Notes: generated from the letters alone by a model not told the origin. A stretch of 62,640 bases of DNA from an uncultured virus (IMG/VR IMGVR_UViG_3300032030_000023) (IMGVR_UViG_3300032030_000023:62001-124640), one strand, 5' to 3'. Counted from the stretch's first letter, positions 1 through 9,651 are shown. A program made the numbers and translations.

Positions 1-40
1 TTCTTAATATTAACATCTAAATTAAACTGAAGGAGAGTGT

Positions 41-349
41 ATGATGTTTAGTAAAGATAAGGTAGAAGGTCCTATAAGTAAATCTCAAATGAGTAAACTT
101 ATTAATCTTATGCTAGAATCTAAAAGAGCTAAAGAAAAATATGATGCTTATAAAGAAGAAATTACTAAAGACCTTAAAGATGGTGAATATGTTATTCCAA
201 ATGTAGGTAAAGTTATTAAATGTACTTATGTTAAATATCTGTTTGATAAAACAGAATTTTATAATAGTCATCCGAATATTAATTTAGATGATTATCAGAA
301 AGAGGTAGTAACTACTAAATTAGATATTAAAAATCTATCTAATATTTGA
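41..349 (+). CDS. hypothetical phage protein
   Basis: 102-aa ORF with GAAGGAGAG RBS. Confidence 0.75.
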   Translation: MMFSKDKVEGPISKSQMSKLINLMLESKRAKEKYDAYKEEITKDLKDGEYVIPNVGKVIKCTYVKYLFDKTEFYNSHPNINLDDYQKEVVTTKLDIKNLSNI

Positions 350-388
350 ATTTTTGGTTTTACATTCTATTATTATTTATTCTAATAT
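349..388 (+). promoter_or_regulatory. repeated early-type promoter (AATTTTTGGTTTTACATT, -35 TTTACA)
   Basis: motif recurs upstream of many + strand operons; AT-rich -10 follows 16-18 nt later. Confidence 0.75.
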
Positions 389-421
389 GTCTAATGTAAT
401 TTAATGAAAGGAAAAACAATT

Positions 422-1630
422 ATGGCTAATAAAAATATTCAAGACTCTAATCTTATGCCGAAGTTTCAAATTGATACAATTAGATCTGAAGATGGAAGTC
501 AAGTAATTCCAGGTATCAAAAAGATGTATGAAATTGCTTATGCTTTAAAAGATTCTATTATGCTTTGGGGTGCTCCTGGTATTGGTAAGTCTCAATCAGT
601 TCAACAATGGAATCAAGAAATGATTGAGAAGATGAAAGAGGAAGGTAAGAAACCTTGGTATCCATATGTAGTAGATGTTCGGTTATCTATGAAAGAACCT
701 GTAGATATGGTTGGTGTACCTATTCCAGTTAAAGATGATAATGGTAAAGTAACAACACAATGGGCAACTCCTTCGATGTGGCCTACAGAAGAAGATGCTA
801 AGAACTATTCTGGTGGTATCATCCTGTTAGATGAAATCAATCAAGGTCAAGCTGCGATTCTTAATGCTGCATTCCAGTTGATTCAAGATAGAGCTTTAGG
901 TGAATATAAAGTACCAGAAAACTTTATGATTATGGCTGCAGCTAATCCTCCAGCTTATAACTCAACTGTTACAGAATTATCTGTTCCGTTAGCAAATAGA
1001 TTTAGTCACTTTAACATTGTACCTAACTTCCAATCTTGGTTGGATTACAGAATCAATCATGGTGGTAACGTAGATGTTATGGCTTACTTAAAATCTCAAG
1101 CAACTAATATGTTCTTTGATGAAAAGACTATGACAAGATTAGTTGGTGAACTTGGAAACGCTATGTTTACAGATATTACAATTACTCCTCGTTCTTGGGA
1201 AGTAATTGAGAAGTTATTAGCATTACCTGGTTTTACTTTAGAGGAAAAACAAAGATATGCAACGGGTCGTTTAGGTTTGCCTGAAGCTAATAAATACTTT
1301 ATGTGGTTAAAGAATAAACAAAAGTATCAAGATTGGCGTGAAATCTTAATTAAAGGTCAGCCGTTTAAATCAGAAGAAGCTTCAGAATATTGGGTAACTC
1401 AAATGAATTGTATCTCAAATATTGTAGCAGAAGCAGATGATACTAAATGTAGAAGCTACATTGAGAACTTCTTAAAAGCTACAAAGCAACTTAAATCTCA
1501 ACCGTATAAAATTACAAACGTTATTCAATTAGCAAGAACATCTCGTTGTAATAAGAACTTAAAGTTATTCAATCCGATTAAAGATACAGCAGATATTGTA
1601 GATTTTGCAATTGCATCTTTGAAGTATTAA
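422..1630 (+). CDS. MoxR/AAA_5-type AAA+ ATPase
   Basis: Walker A GAPGIGKS, Walker B ILLDEIN, AAANP, NRF, TPRSWE; VWA partner nearby. Confidence 0.9.
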   Translation: MANKNIQDSNLMPKFQIDTIRSEDGSQVIPGIKKMYEIAYALKDSIMLWGAPGIGKSQSVQQWNQEMIEKMKEEGKKPWYPYVVDVRLSMKEPVDMVGVPIPVKDDNGKVTTQWATPSMWPTEEDAKNYSGGIILLDEINQGQAAILNAAFQLIQDRALGEYKVPENFMIMAAANPPAYNSTVTELSVPLANRFSHFNIVPNFQSWLDYRINHGGNVDVMAYLKSQATNMFFDEKTMTRLVGELGNAMFTDITITPRSWEVIEKLLALPGFTLEEKQRYATGRLGLPEANKYFMWLKNKQKYQDWREILIKGQPFKSEEASEYWVTQMNCISNIVAEADDTKCRSYIENFLKATKQLKSQPYKITNVIQLARTSRCNKNLKLFNPIKDTADIVDFAIASLKY

Positions 1631-1646
1631 TTTTAAGTTATGATGT

Positions 1647-1684
1647 AGGGATTAAGTTAAAGTAGAAATACTTAATCCCTTGTT
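1647..1684 (+). terminator. stem-loop, probable intrinsic terminator
   Basis: AGGGATTAAGT...ACTTAATCCCT 11-bp inverted repeat after stop. Confidence 0.6.
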
Positions 1685-1711
1685 GATGGAGATTAATTGA
1701 AGGAGAAAATA

Positions 1712-2539
1712 ATGTTTGTAATTAAAGATAAAAATTTAGATATGTATGTTGAGCTTAAGACATTTACTCAAGATATAAATATCAGAATAGATATTATACC
1801 TGTAGCAAATATTGAGATTGCAACTCTTTTAGAAGATCAAAGCGAAGTAGATTATGTTATGAATATCATGAAGGATCAAGGAGATGATATTAATAACTAT
1901 GAAGTTTTAGATTATGATAACGAATTAGTTAAAGTTAAAGCTAAAGAAGATGAGCAAACTATTCGTGCAATGGGTAATGCTTGGAGTAATTCTTCAGAAG
2001 ACACTAAGAAAGAATTACTTCAGAAGATACTAGAACAAAAAGGACCTGATGCAGTAATTAAATTTATGAAAGATGTCGAAAATGGTATTGATTTAAATAC
2101 AGCTGCTGCAGGTAATGTTAGTAATTGTAATTGTCATATGGGTATACAGTTTAATCCTCAAGATCTTTTAGATGTGTATAATAAGTATCATGGTTATGCA
2201 ATTCAGTTATATACTGAAGAGCCTGAAGAAGTTGATAATTATGCAGTGACTAGAATTATACCTGATGAAGATGAAGACGATTCAGTACTTTATATGAGAC
2301 ATCCTCAAAGTCTAACAAATTTCGTTGACTTAGATTGTAAAGAAAATATTTTTGATGCAGGAGCTGTTGCATATCTTTGTAGTATACCATTTGACGATGA
2401 TATTATACAATATGCTTTAGATCCAAATAATATGCCTTTTGTCGATAAAGATATTATTGCTTCTAAAAATATGCCTCCACTTCAAGGTACTTTACTCAAT
2501 GAATTTAATTCATGCTTAGAAAAATATCTTGATGAATAA
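1712..2539 (+). CDS. hypothetical acidic protein
   Basis: long ORF, GAAGGAG RBS, lies between MoxR and VWA genes. Confidence 0.8.
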   Translation: MFVIKDKNLDMYVELKTFTQDINIRIDIIPVANIEIATLLEDQSEVDYVMNIMKDQGDDINNYEVLDYDNELVKVKAKEDEQTIRAMGNAWSNSSEDTKKELLQKILEQKGPDAVIKFMKDVENGIDLNTAAAGNVSNCNCHMGIQFNPQDLLDVYNKYHGYAIQLYTEEPEEVDNYAVTRIIPDEDEDDSVLYMRHPQSLTNFVDLDCKENIFDAGAVAYLCSIPFDDDIIQYALDPNNMPFVDKDIIASKNMPPLQGTLLNEFNSCLEKYLDE

Positions 2540-2568
2540 TAACTATACTTTAACTGAAGGAGAGTATA

Positions 2569-3954
2569 ATGAATAAATTTTATGATATGGAAACAAAGAT
2601 AAATAAAGTTATTGATATTCAACAATTATGGGATTCAGCTTGTACAGAATTAGCTTTAGAATTTCCTATCTTTGGACAGCTTATTCTTCAGATTGGTGTA
2701 AGATTTGTTTGGGATCAATCAAATAAACATATGGCTTGGACAGATGGTTCAAAGATTACTGTAAATGAAGCATTCATTCAGTATTTTTGTGCTAATCCTA
2801 AACAAGTAGATGATACTGGAACAGTACATAATATGAATATTTCTAAAAAAGAATTAGAGTTTGTATTATGTCATGAACTTATGCATCTTCTTGGATTATC
2901 TTTTGATAGAGGAACAAGATTAGGTATTGTTAAAGGTACTTATTCTAAAGAATTACAAGCTAAATGGAAATTATGGAATAAAGCTACTGATTATGAAATT
3001 AATTCACAGTTATCTAATAATCAGCAACAAAATTCAGATGGATATTATTCACATAAACCAGTTGGAAATATGCCTTCTTGGGTTCTTTATAGCTCTAAAT
3101 ATAAAGATATGACGGCTGAAGAAATTTATGAAGACTTATTAAAAGATTATGAAAAACATCCAGAAAATTATACCTTTGATAAAAATGAAGATGAGGATGA
3201 TGGTGGTAACAGTATAAGTGGTCTTCCTGGTTTAGATAAACATATGCCTATCTTAGATGATACAACCAGAAATGAACTTATCCAAAAGATTGCTAATGTA
3301 ACTTCTTCTACTGGTCAAGGTTATGGTTCTACAGCAGTTTCAAGACTTCTTGATATAGCTTTTAAGCCTATTCCTTTTAACTGGAAGAAAGCTTTACAAA
3401 GATATATTCGTAATTGGATTAAAGATAATTATACTTGGAATAAACCTTCAAGAGCTGGTATTGCTGCAGGTCTTATCTTACCTTCATCTTCTACAACACC
3501 TTGTATGCATATTGGTGTAGCAATCGATACTTCTGGTTCGGTTGGAGATAATGAATTACAAACTATGATGAATCACTTATTTACAATCTTAGGACAGTTC
3601 AAACAGTTTACTGTAGATGTATGGTGTAATTCAACTCAAGTACATGAAGATACTTGGAAACGATTTAACGCTTCAAACAAAAGAGAAATTAAAGAATATG
3701 CTTTCCAATCTGATGGTGGTACTGATTTGAAAAAATCATTTGAATTTATAGAGAAAAAATATAGAAATGAAAAATTAGATTTATTACTCTATATGACAGA
3801 TGGTTGTGATTGTGATGTAGATGGTAGTGATACACTTACTTGTAAATGTCCAGTTATTTGGTTAATCTTGGATAATAATGACTTTAAGAAACCAACTAGA
3901 ATTCCTGGTGCAGTCTATCCATTTGTTGTTGAAAAAGAAAAAGCTGGATACTAA
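2569..3954 (+). CDS. DUF2201-type metallopeptidase-like + VWA domain protein (MoxR partner)
   Basis: AWTDG, HELMH (HExxH), MIDAS DTSGS, DGGTD, MTDG. Confidence 0.88.
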   Translation: MNKFYDMETKINKVIDIQQLWDSACTELALEFPIFGQLILQIGVRFVWDQSNKHMAWTDGSKITVNEAFIQYFCANPKQVDDTGTVHNMNISKKELEFVLCHELMHLLGLSFDRGTRLGIVKGTYSKELQAKWKLWNKATDYEINSQLSNNQQQNSDGYYSHKPVGNMPSWVLYSSKYKDMTAEEIYEDLLKDYEKHPENYTFDKNEDEDDGGNSISGLPGLDKHMPILDDTTRNELIQKIANVTSSTGQGYGSTAVSRLLDIAFKPIPFNWKKALQRYIRNWIKDNYTWNKPSRAGIAAGLILPSSSTTPCMHIGVAIDTSGSVGDNELQTMMNHLFTILGQFKQFTVDVWCNSTQVHEDTWKRFNASNKREIKEYAFQSDGGTDLKKSFEFIEKKYRNEKLDLLLYMTDGCDCDVDGSDTLTCKCPVIWLILDNNDFKKPTRIPGAVYPFVVEKEKAGY

Positions 3955-3962
3955 AAATAGTT

Positions 3963-3998
3963 AGGGATAAGTAAACTCCTTTCTGCTTATCCCTTTCT
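3963..3998 (+). terminator. intrinsic terminator
   Basis: AGGGATAAG...CTTATCCCT followed by TTCT. Confidence 0.65.
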
Positions 3999-4029
3999 AT
4001 ACCAATTAACATTACGAAGGAGAGTGAAT

Positions 4030-4482
4030 ATGACTAATGGTGAAATATTAAATAGTTTAAAGAATTGTAATGACGAAGATAATTTTAAGAAATGTAAAGA
4101 ATTACTTCCACTTTGGAATAGTAGTGAATGTGCATTTCCTTCGGATTTATCGGTTAAGAATTTTATAAAATTAGATAAGTGGTCTTTTGAAGAACTTAAT
4201 CAAATATCTACAGAATTATTTATCAATAAGTATCTTGCTCCTCATATGAAAGATGTTTATTATATGATTAAAGAATTTAGATCTAATCCTAGAAATGAAT
4301 TGACATATGATCAAGAAGCTTATGCTAAAATTATGGGTTATAACTTAGATTGGAATGAGAATGAAACAGATGTAGATAGACAAAATAAAAAAGCTACAAT
4401 TCTGTATGAACATTCTATCTATAGATTCTTTAATAACTCTAAACTGAAAGGTAACAGCAATGACAACCAGAATAATTCTTGA
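4030..4482 (+). CDS. hypothetical protein
   Basis: ORF with GAAGGAGAG RBS. Confidence 0.75.
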   Translation: MTNGEILNSLKNCNDEDNFKKCKELLPLWNSSECAFPSDLSVKNFIKLDKWSFEELNQISTELFINKYLAPHMKDVYYMIKEFRSNPRNELTYDQEAYAKIMGYNLDWNENETDVDRQNKKATILYEHSIYRFFNNSKLKGNSNDNQNNS

Positions 4483-4657
4483 AGACCTTACAGATAAAAC
4501 AAAGAATGATTATTATGATAAAGAAAAAGCTTTAAGAGATTATGAAAAACTAATAGAAGCAAACAAAGATCATAATATTCAGCTTAAACAATATATTCCG
4601 TATTACAATTGTAGTTATGTCGAATGTACTACTTTGAAAAGGAATTTCGATAACTAA
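4460..4657 (+). CDS. hypothetical protein
   Basis: short coupled ORF, GAAAGG RBS. Confidence 0.6.
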   Translation: MTTRIILEDLTDKTKNDYYDKEKALRDYEKLIEANKDHNIQLKQYIPYYNCSYVECTTLKRNFDN

Positions 4658-4677
4658 AATAAATTAGGAGTCTAAAA

Positions 4678-4950
4678 ATGCCTAATACTAGCACAACATT
4701 AGAAGTTGTTAAAATACTTCTAAATAAACATAAAGATAAACTTCTTCCAATCGTAGATAATCTTATATCTAAAAACTGGAAGGAAGCTTCTGAACAACTT
4801 AATGATCTTGGTCCACTTCTTTATAATATCTGTGAAGAACAAAATCTTTCTTATGAAGAATTTTGTGCAGATTATTGTAATCCTACAATAAATAAAGAAA
4901 TTATGGAAATGATTGTTAAAGAAATATATAAAGATTTTAAGAAGGAGTAA
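4678..4950 (+). CDS. hypothetical protein
   Basis: AGGAG RBS. Confidence 0.7.
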   Translation: MPNTSTTLEVVKILLNKHKDKLLPIVDNLISKNWKEASEQLNDLGPLLYNICEEQNLSYEEFCADYCNPTINKEIMEMIVKEIYKDFKKE

Positions 4951-4955
4951 TTAAT

Positions 4956-5399
4956 ATGAAAAATATTGGTGAAATAGCTAGAGATTATGCTTTGAAAAGT
5001 TTTTATGCTTTTTATCATAAATATTATGATCCTAAAAAAGCATCACCTTTAGAAAAAAAGTATTATAAAAACGAATATTCAAGAATATATAGTAGTGAAC
5101 GTAATAAACTTAAAAAAGAAAGAGTAAAGTCTTTTATGACATTACTTAAACCGATTCTTGAAGAAGCTTGTATAAAGAATGGTTTTAGAATAACTAGTAG
5201 CGGTGAAATTTCTATTCATTGGGAATACAAAGATCGTATAGCTAAAAGATTAGCAGAGAAATTTGCTAAAACTCTTAAAGATGAATATGGTATCGATGGA
5301 GTAAAAGTAAAAAGTAAAGTTTCAATGAATGGTTATAATCTTTTTGATTTATCTAACATTTCAGTTAATAAAGATTTATTATCTGAAAATAAAGATTAA
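4956..5399 (+). CDS. hypothetical protein
   Basis: AAGGAG RBS. Confidence 0.75.
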   Translation: MKNIGEIARDYALKSFYAFYHKYYDPKKASPLEKKYYKNEYSRIYSSERNKLKKERVKSFMTLLKPILEEACIKNGFRITSSGEISIHWEYKDRIAKRLAEKFAKTLKDEYGIDGVKVKSKVSMNGYNLFDLSNISVNKDLLSENKD

Positions 5400-5453
5400 T
5401 TATTATGTATATTTAACTAATAACTTAATTTTTTTAACGAAAGGAAAATACAA

Positions 5454-5855
5454 ATGTTTATTGTTTCTCAAACTAGTAACCCTGAAAAATCTAAAATGTT
5501 TTCATCTTTAGAAGAAGCTAATGATTTTATTAAACGTCAACGTAAAGCTAAAGGCTTTTATACTGTAACTGAAGATAAACCAGTTCAAGAAGGAAAGTCT
5601 TGGAAAGAAGCTGTTGAGTTTAAAAATGAAATCGAAATTACAAGAGCTAATGTAAAACAATTCTATAAAAAAGAAGGTTTTATTAAAGTAGTTGATCGTA
5701 AAGGTAATGTAGTACATATTGGTCGTACTAAAAATATGGGTAAAGTATTCAGTAACTATGTAAATTGTGCTAACTATAAACAATCATATAATTTTGATTT
5801 AGATTCTGGTGAGCATAAATTATATTTCATGGAAGCTAATACTCATCAACTCTAA
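5454..5855 (+). CDS. protein with degenerate GIY-YIG-like C-terminal domain
   Basis: GFIKVVDRKGNVVHIGRTKNM resembles GIY...YIG-x-T-x-N-L. Confidence 0.5.
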   Translation: MFIVSQTSNPEKSKMFSSLEEANDFIKRQRKAKGFYTVTEDKPVQEGKSWKEAVEFKNEIEITRANVKQFYKKEGFIKVVDRKGNVVHIGRTKNMGKVFSNYVNCANYKQSYNFDLDSGEHKLYFMEANTHQL

Positions 5856-5878
5856 AGTCTTCTTCTGAAAAATAAATC

Positions 5879-5925
5879 TAGGGTGAGATAAATTTATTCT
5901 ATGATTTGTCTCATCCTATTTTTAT
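5879..5925 (+). terminator. intrinsic terminator
   Basis: TAGGGTGAGATAAAT...ATTTGTCTCATCCTA plus T tract. Confidence 0.75.
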
Positions 5926-5955
5926 TTATCCTTTATATAACAAAAGGAGAATGAA

Positions 5956-6261
5956 ATGAAGTATGAAATAAGAGAAAGTAAATATATTCATGATAGAGAT
6001 GAATATAGACTAGAAACATTTTATCTTAAAATTATGCCAAATAAGTATGGTGAAGCACGATATTGTATGTCAATACATCGTATAACGGGTGATACAGATT
6101 TTGAATTTTATTTACCTTATAATAACCCTTATCCTATTGAGTGTTTAAAAAAGTTTCTTAAAAAGATAAATGTTAAATATTATTTATATAACTTAAGTAT
6201 AAGGATAAACAAAGAAAATTTAGATAAACTAACATTTTTCTGTAAACTTTATGGAGTGTAA
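5956..6261 (+). CDS. small paralog-family protein (C-terminal KL..KI.G tail)
   Basis: ends ENLDKLTFFCKLYGV; tandem duplicate of next gene. Confidence 0.8.
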   Translation: MKYEIRESKYIHDRDEYRLETFYLKIMPNKYGEARYCMSIHRITGDTDFEFYLPYNNPYPIECLKKFLKKINVKYYLYNLSIRINKENLDKLTFFCKLYGV

Positions 6262-6560
6262 AATGAAGTATGAAATAGATACATGTAATTATATTCATGA
6301 TAAAGATGAATATAGATTAGAATCATTTTATCTCAAACTTATGCCAAATAATCATAGTGGAGGATTTTATCATATATTAGTTAATTATATAACAAATGAT
6401 GAATTTGAACTTTATATAACTTATAGTTATTCTTATGTTATAAAATGGCTTAAAAAGTTTCTTAAAAAGATAAATGTTAAGTATTATCTATATAAATTAA
6501 ACGTAAGAATAAATAAAGAAAATTTAGATAAGTTAACGTTTTTCTGTAAACTTTATGGAG
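5956..6560 (+). repeat. tandem gene duplication (about 300-bp unit)
   Basis: near-identical 5' (ATGAAGTATGAAATA) and 3' (TTTTCTGTAAACTTTATGGAGT) segments in both genes. Confidence 0.85.
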
Positions 6561-6565
6561 TATAA
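6263..6565 (+). CDS. small paralog-family protein
   Basis: ends ENLDKLTFFCKLYGV. Confidence 0.8.
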   Translation: MKYEIDTCNYIHDKDEYRLESFYLKLMPNNHSGGFYHILVNYITNDEFELYITYSYSYVIKWLKKFLKKINVKYYLYKLNVRINKENLDKLTFFCKLYGV

Positions 6566-6569
6566 AATT

Positions 6570-6902
6570 ATGAAAACTCTATTTAATATAATAAAAGAAA
6601 TGTCTTGTGCTGGAAAAAGTGGTTATATCATTTCTAAAAAGAATGATAGAGTTTGGTTTTATTTATTTTCTTATAGATTTGATTATGAAAATATGTTACG
6701 TGAAAATAAACCAAAAGATAATGATTTAGATTATTATTATGTTTCTATGACTGGTAAAAATATAGAAAAACATGTTAGACTTCTTTTTAATGAACTAAAC
6801 ATTAAATGGATATATAAACGGATTTTTGATACAGAAAGATTATGTATAAGTAAACAAGATTGTGATAGATTTATACAAACTTTAAAAATTTATGGTAAAT
6901 AA
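6570..6902 (+). CDS. small paralog-family protein
   Basis: ends QDCDRFIQTLKIYGK. Confidence 0.75.
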   Translation: MKTLFNIIKEMSCAGKSGYIISKKNDRVWFYLFSYRFDYENMLRENKPKDNDLDYYYVSMTGKNIEKHVRLLFNELNIKWIYKRIFDTERLCISKQDCDRFIQTLKIYGK

Positions 6903-6924
6903 AAAATAAATGGAGGATATAAAA

Positions 6925-7248
6925 ATGTTAGATAAAGTTGAGATATATACTCTGAAACAATCTAAAGACGAGTCTGCAGTTTGGCATCCTCAAGAATTTA
7001 TACATGGTTATGATAAGAATAAAAGAATATTTGAAATGTATAAATTTAATGATTATGATATTGGTATAATAAGAGATAATTATCTTAATAATACTTTTAT
7101 ATTAAATTTATTAAAACAATTAGAAATTAAATATACTTATAGAACAAAGCATGATCGTGAATGGTATGGTTTATATAGCAATCAAGATTATGAAAGAATA
7201 AAAATGTACTTCCAAATTTTAGGAATAACTGAAACTTATAAAGAGTAA
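6925..7248 (+). CDS. small paralog-family protein
   Basis: QDYERIKMYFQILGI near C-terminus. Confidence 0.75.
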   Translation: MLDKVEIYTLKQSKDESAVWHPQEFIHGYDKNKRIFEMYKFNDYDIGIIRDNYLNNTFILNLLKQLEIKYTYRTKHDREWYGLYSNQDYERIKMYFQILGITETYKE

Positions 7249-7267
7249 ATAAGAAAGGAGACGTATT

Positions 7268-7567
7268 ATGATTAAATATAATTTATACTTAGGATTAAAT
7301 GATAAAGATTCTAAAAGACAAAAGATTTCTGAATTAACTGCAATCAATATCATTTCAAAGTATATTCCTAACTGTTCAATAACACCTTTTAAAGGAATAT
7401 ATACTCATGAAAATGGTCAACAAGTTAAAGAAAATTCATTATTAATTACTGTAATCGATTTAGATAATACTTTTAAACCAATTCCTGTTACTAGACAGTT
7501 AAAACAATTATTTAATCAAGAATCCATTATCGTTGAAACTGAGGAATCTAATTCTATCGCAATGTAA
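7268..7567 (+). CDS. DUF3574-like / SAM-lyase-like protein
   Basis: GIYTHENGQQVKENS and LKQLFNQESI motifs. Confidence 0.55.
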   Translation: MIKYNLYLGLNDKDSKRQKISELTAINIISKYIPNCSITPFKGIYTHENGQQVKENSLLITVIDLDNTFKPIPVTRQLKQLFNQESIIVETEESNSIAM

Positions 7568-7581
7568 TAACGAAGGAGAGT

Positions 7582-7662
7582 ATGCTGATGTCATTTGGTT
7601 CACTGATGTATTTAACTACTTTTATCGTATATATTTATTGCTATTATCAATTTGTTAAATGA
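7582..7662 (+). CDS. 26-aa hydrophobic peptide (not in ORF track)
   Basis: MLMSFGSLMYLTTFIVYIYCYYQFVK after GAAGGAGAG RBS. Confidence 0.45.
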   Translation: MLMSFGSLMYLTTFIVYIYCYYQFVK

Positions 7663-7673
7663 AAGGAACTAAC

Positions 7674-8012
7674 ATGAATATTAGAGAGTTTTATATTAAA
7701 ATTGATAATGAACTTAAAGTAGCATATATTAGTTTTATAAATGATGAAGAAAGATTATGTGAAGTAAATTTTCATTATGATGACGGTTTTTTTACAGCAT
7801 ATTTCGATGTTTGTCATCATGCTTTAAGAACCTCTATTGAACAGTTATTGACAGAATTAAATATTGAATTTGAAAAACCTTTTAATGGAAGGTCTTTTAA
7901 TATTACAATAAATAAAAACAACTTTGATAAATTTGTATTTAGTTTGAAGTTATTATATCCGGATTTATATACGGAATTATATTTTAAAAGATTTAATACG
8001 AAAGGAGTATAA
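7674..8012 (+). CDS. small paralog-family protein
   Basis: LLTELNIEF...NNFDKFVFSLKLLY. Confidence 0.75.
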   Translation: MNIREFYIKIDNELKVAYISFINDEERLCEVNFHYDDGFFTAYFDVCHHALRTSIEQLLTELNIEFEKPFNGRSFNITINKNNFDKFVFSLKLLYPDLYTELYFKRFNTKGV

Positions 8013-8013
8013 A

Positions 8014-8955
8014 ATGAGTGATTTGGATTTGCCAACAAGTATAAGTATTGGTAATGAATATACTTTATATGCAGTATTTAAAAGAAACATATATTATGGT
8101 CAATTTGATGAAGATAAAATTGGTTCTTTTATATGTAATGATGTATTACATAGTAATATTAGTTATTCGAGAGATTATAATAATTCAAATATTTTTACGA
8201 AAAAAGGTGTTTATAACTTTTATGATAAAGAACATGATATCTTTAAATTTTTTGGAAGAAGATTAAGAATTTCAGAAGAATTTGCTAGAAAATGTTATTC
8301 TATGTATGACGATGATGAAGAATTTATAGCAAAATATTCAAGTTTAGAAAACTTTAAAAAATATGTAGCAAGCTTTATTAGAAAAGAATTAAATATTTCT
8401 GATGATTATGTCTTTTTAGATAAAAATGGTTATATTACAGATATACATTTAGGAGAAATATTATATACAACTGAAAACGCTGAAAAACATTATACGTTTT
8501 ATATTGTTAAATTAGATCCGAAAAATATAGAGTTTGATAAAGAAACAAACTGTAACAAAGAACCATTACTTAAAACTTTTAATAATATTACTGTTTATAA
8601 ACAATTATATTTAGAAAGTATAAAACATTTTTGTGAAAAATATAATGTTTATTTTTCAAGATGTAATGATACAGAAGATATACTTAAAGCAGTAAATAAT
8701 AATATATGCTTTGGAACGTTAAATTTTGATGCACGATATGATCACAGATTACATGAGACATATGATGATATGATGAAAAAACTTGTGAACAAATTTACAG
8801 AATCATTATTAACTCATCTGTATGATGGTAAATTCTTAAGTGATCTTGAAGAATTATGTTGTGATCGACAAAGCATTATTGAAGGATTGTCAAAAAGTAT
8901 TATTAAAGGTATTAGTAACGGTATTAATAATATTAAAATAAATGGTATAAACTAA
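8014..8955 (+). CDS. hypothetical protein
   Basis: 313-aa ORF, AAGGAG RBS. Confidence 0.8.
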   Translation: MSDLDLPTSISIGNEYTLYAVFKRNIYYGQFDEDKIGSFICNDVLHSNISYSRDYNNSNIFTKKGVYNFYDKEHDIFKFFGRRLRISEEFARKCYSMYDDDEEFIAKYSSLENFKKYVASFIRKELNISDDYVFLDKNGYITDIHLGEILYTTENAEKHYTFYIVKLDPKNIEFDKETNCNKEPLLKTFNNITVYKQLYLESIKHFCEKYNVYFSRCNDTEDILKAVNNNICFGTLNFDARYDHRLHETYDDMMKKLVNKFTESLLTHLYDGKFLSDLEELCCDRQSIIEGLSKSIIKGISNGINNIKINGIN

Positions 8956-8974
8956 TAAATGAAAGGAGGTTACT

Positions 8975-9331
8975 ATGCTATTATATAACTTACAATTACA
9001 ATCTTATACAAGAGATATTAAAAAAGGTTATATAAAAGCTGAAAGAATCTATGGCTATTTCAGTATACATGATTCAACTCATGATTATAAATCAGATTTT
9101 GTATTTACTGAAACAGGAAGATTATTTATAACCACCTTAGATATGGCTGGTAATCATTTAGATTTACCGTTTATAAAATATATAAAAGATAATTATGGTA
9201 TTCAATTTAAATTTTCTAATAGAGAAACTTCATCACCTTCAAATTATAAAACCTACATTACTAAACAAGAAAATTTTGATAAACTTAAAACTTGTTTCTT
9301 AATTCAGGGTATTATATCTGATAGGAGGTAA
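8975..9331 (+). CDS. small paralog-family protein
   Basis: ENFDKLKTCFLIQGI. Confidence 0.75.
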   Translation: MLLYNLQLQSYTRDIKKGYIKAERIYGYFSIHDSTHDYKSDFVFTETGRLFITTLDMAGNHLDLPFIKYIKDNYGIQFKFSNRETSSPSNYKTYITKQENFDKLKTCFLIQGIISDRR

Positions 9332-9333
9332 TT

Positions 9334-9651
9334 ATGAAATATAATATCGTATTAAATCCTAGATTGATAGAAATAAATCAAGTAAATAAACCTTGTTCAA
9401 CTATTGCATGGATAGAATATCATAATATTAAATCACAATTTGTTTGTTATATTAATTATTATAAAGATTTAGAAGTTGTAGAATATATACTAAAACATCT
9501 AAATATCAAATATGAAGTCAAATCTAATAATATACAAACAGCTTATTATATATTTATTACGTATGATGAATATCAAAAATTAATTCTTTTATTAAAGCTT
9601 GAAGGAGAGTATAAAAATGGAGTGTATATATTCAGTTTCGACATTGAATGA
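9334..9651 (+). CDS. small paralog-family protein
   Basis: ILKHLNIKY...DEYQKLILLLKLEGE. Confidence 0.75.
   Translation: MKYNIVLNPRLIEINQVNKPCSTIAWIEYHNIKSQFVCYINYYKDLEVVEYILKHLNIKYEVKSNNIQTAYYIFITYDEYQKLILLLKLEGEYKNGVYIFSFDIE

Noticed and set aside
5956..6565. Diversity-generating retroelement (template/variable repeat pair)
   Set aside because: Both copies are intact genes, differences are not adenine-specific, and no reverse transcriptase is in the window
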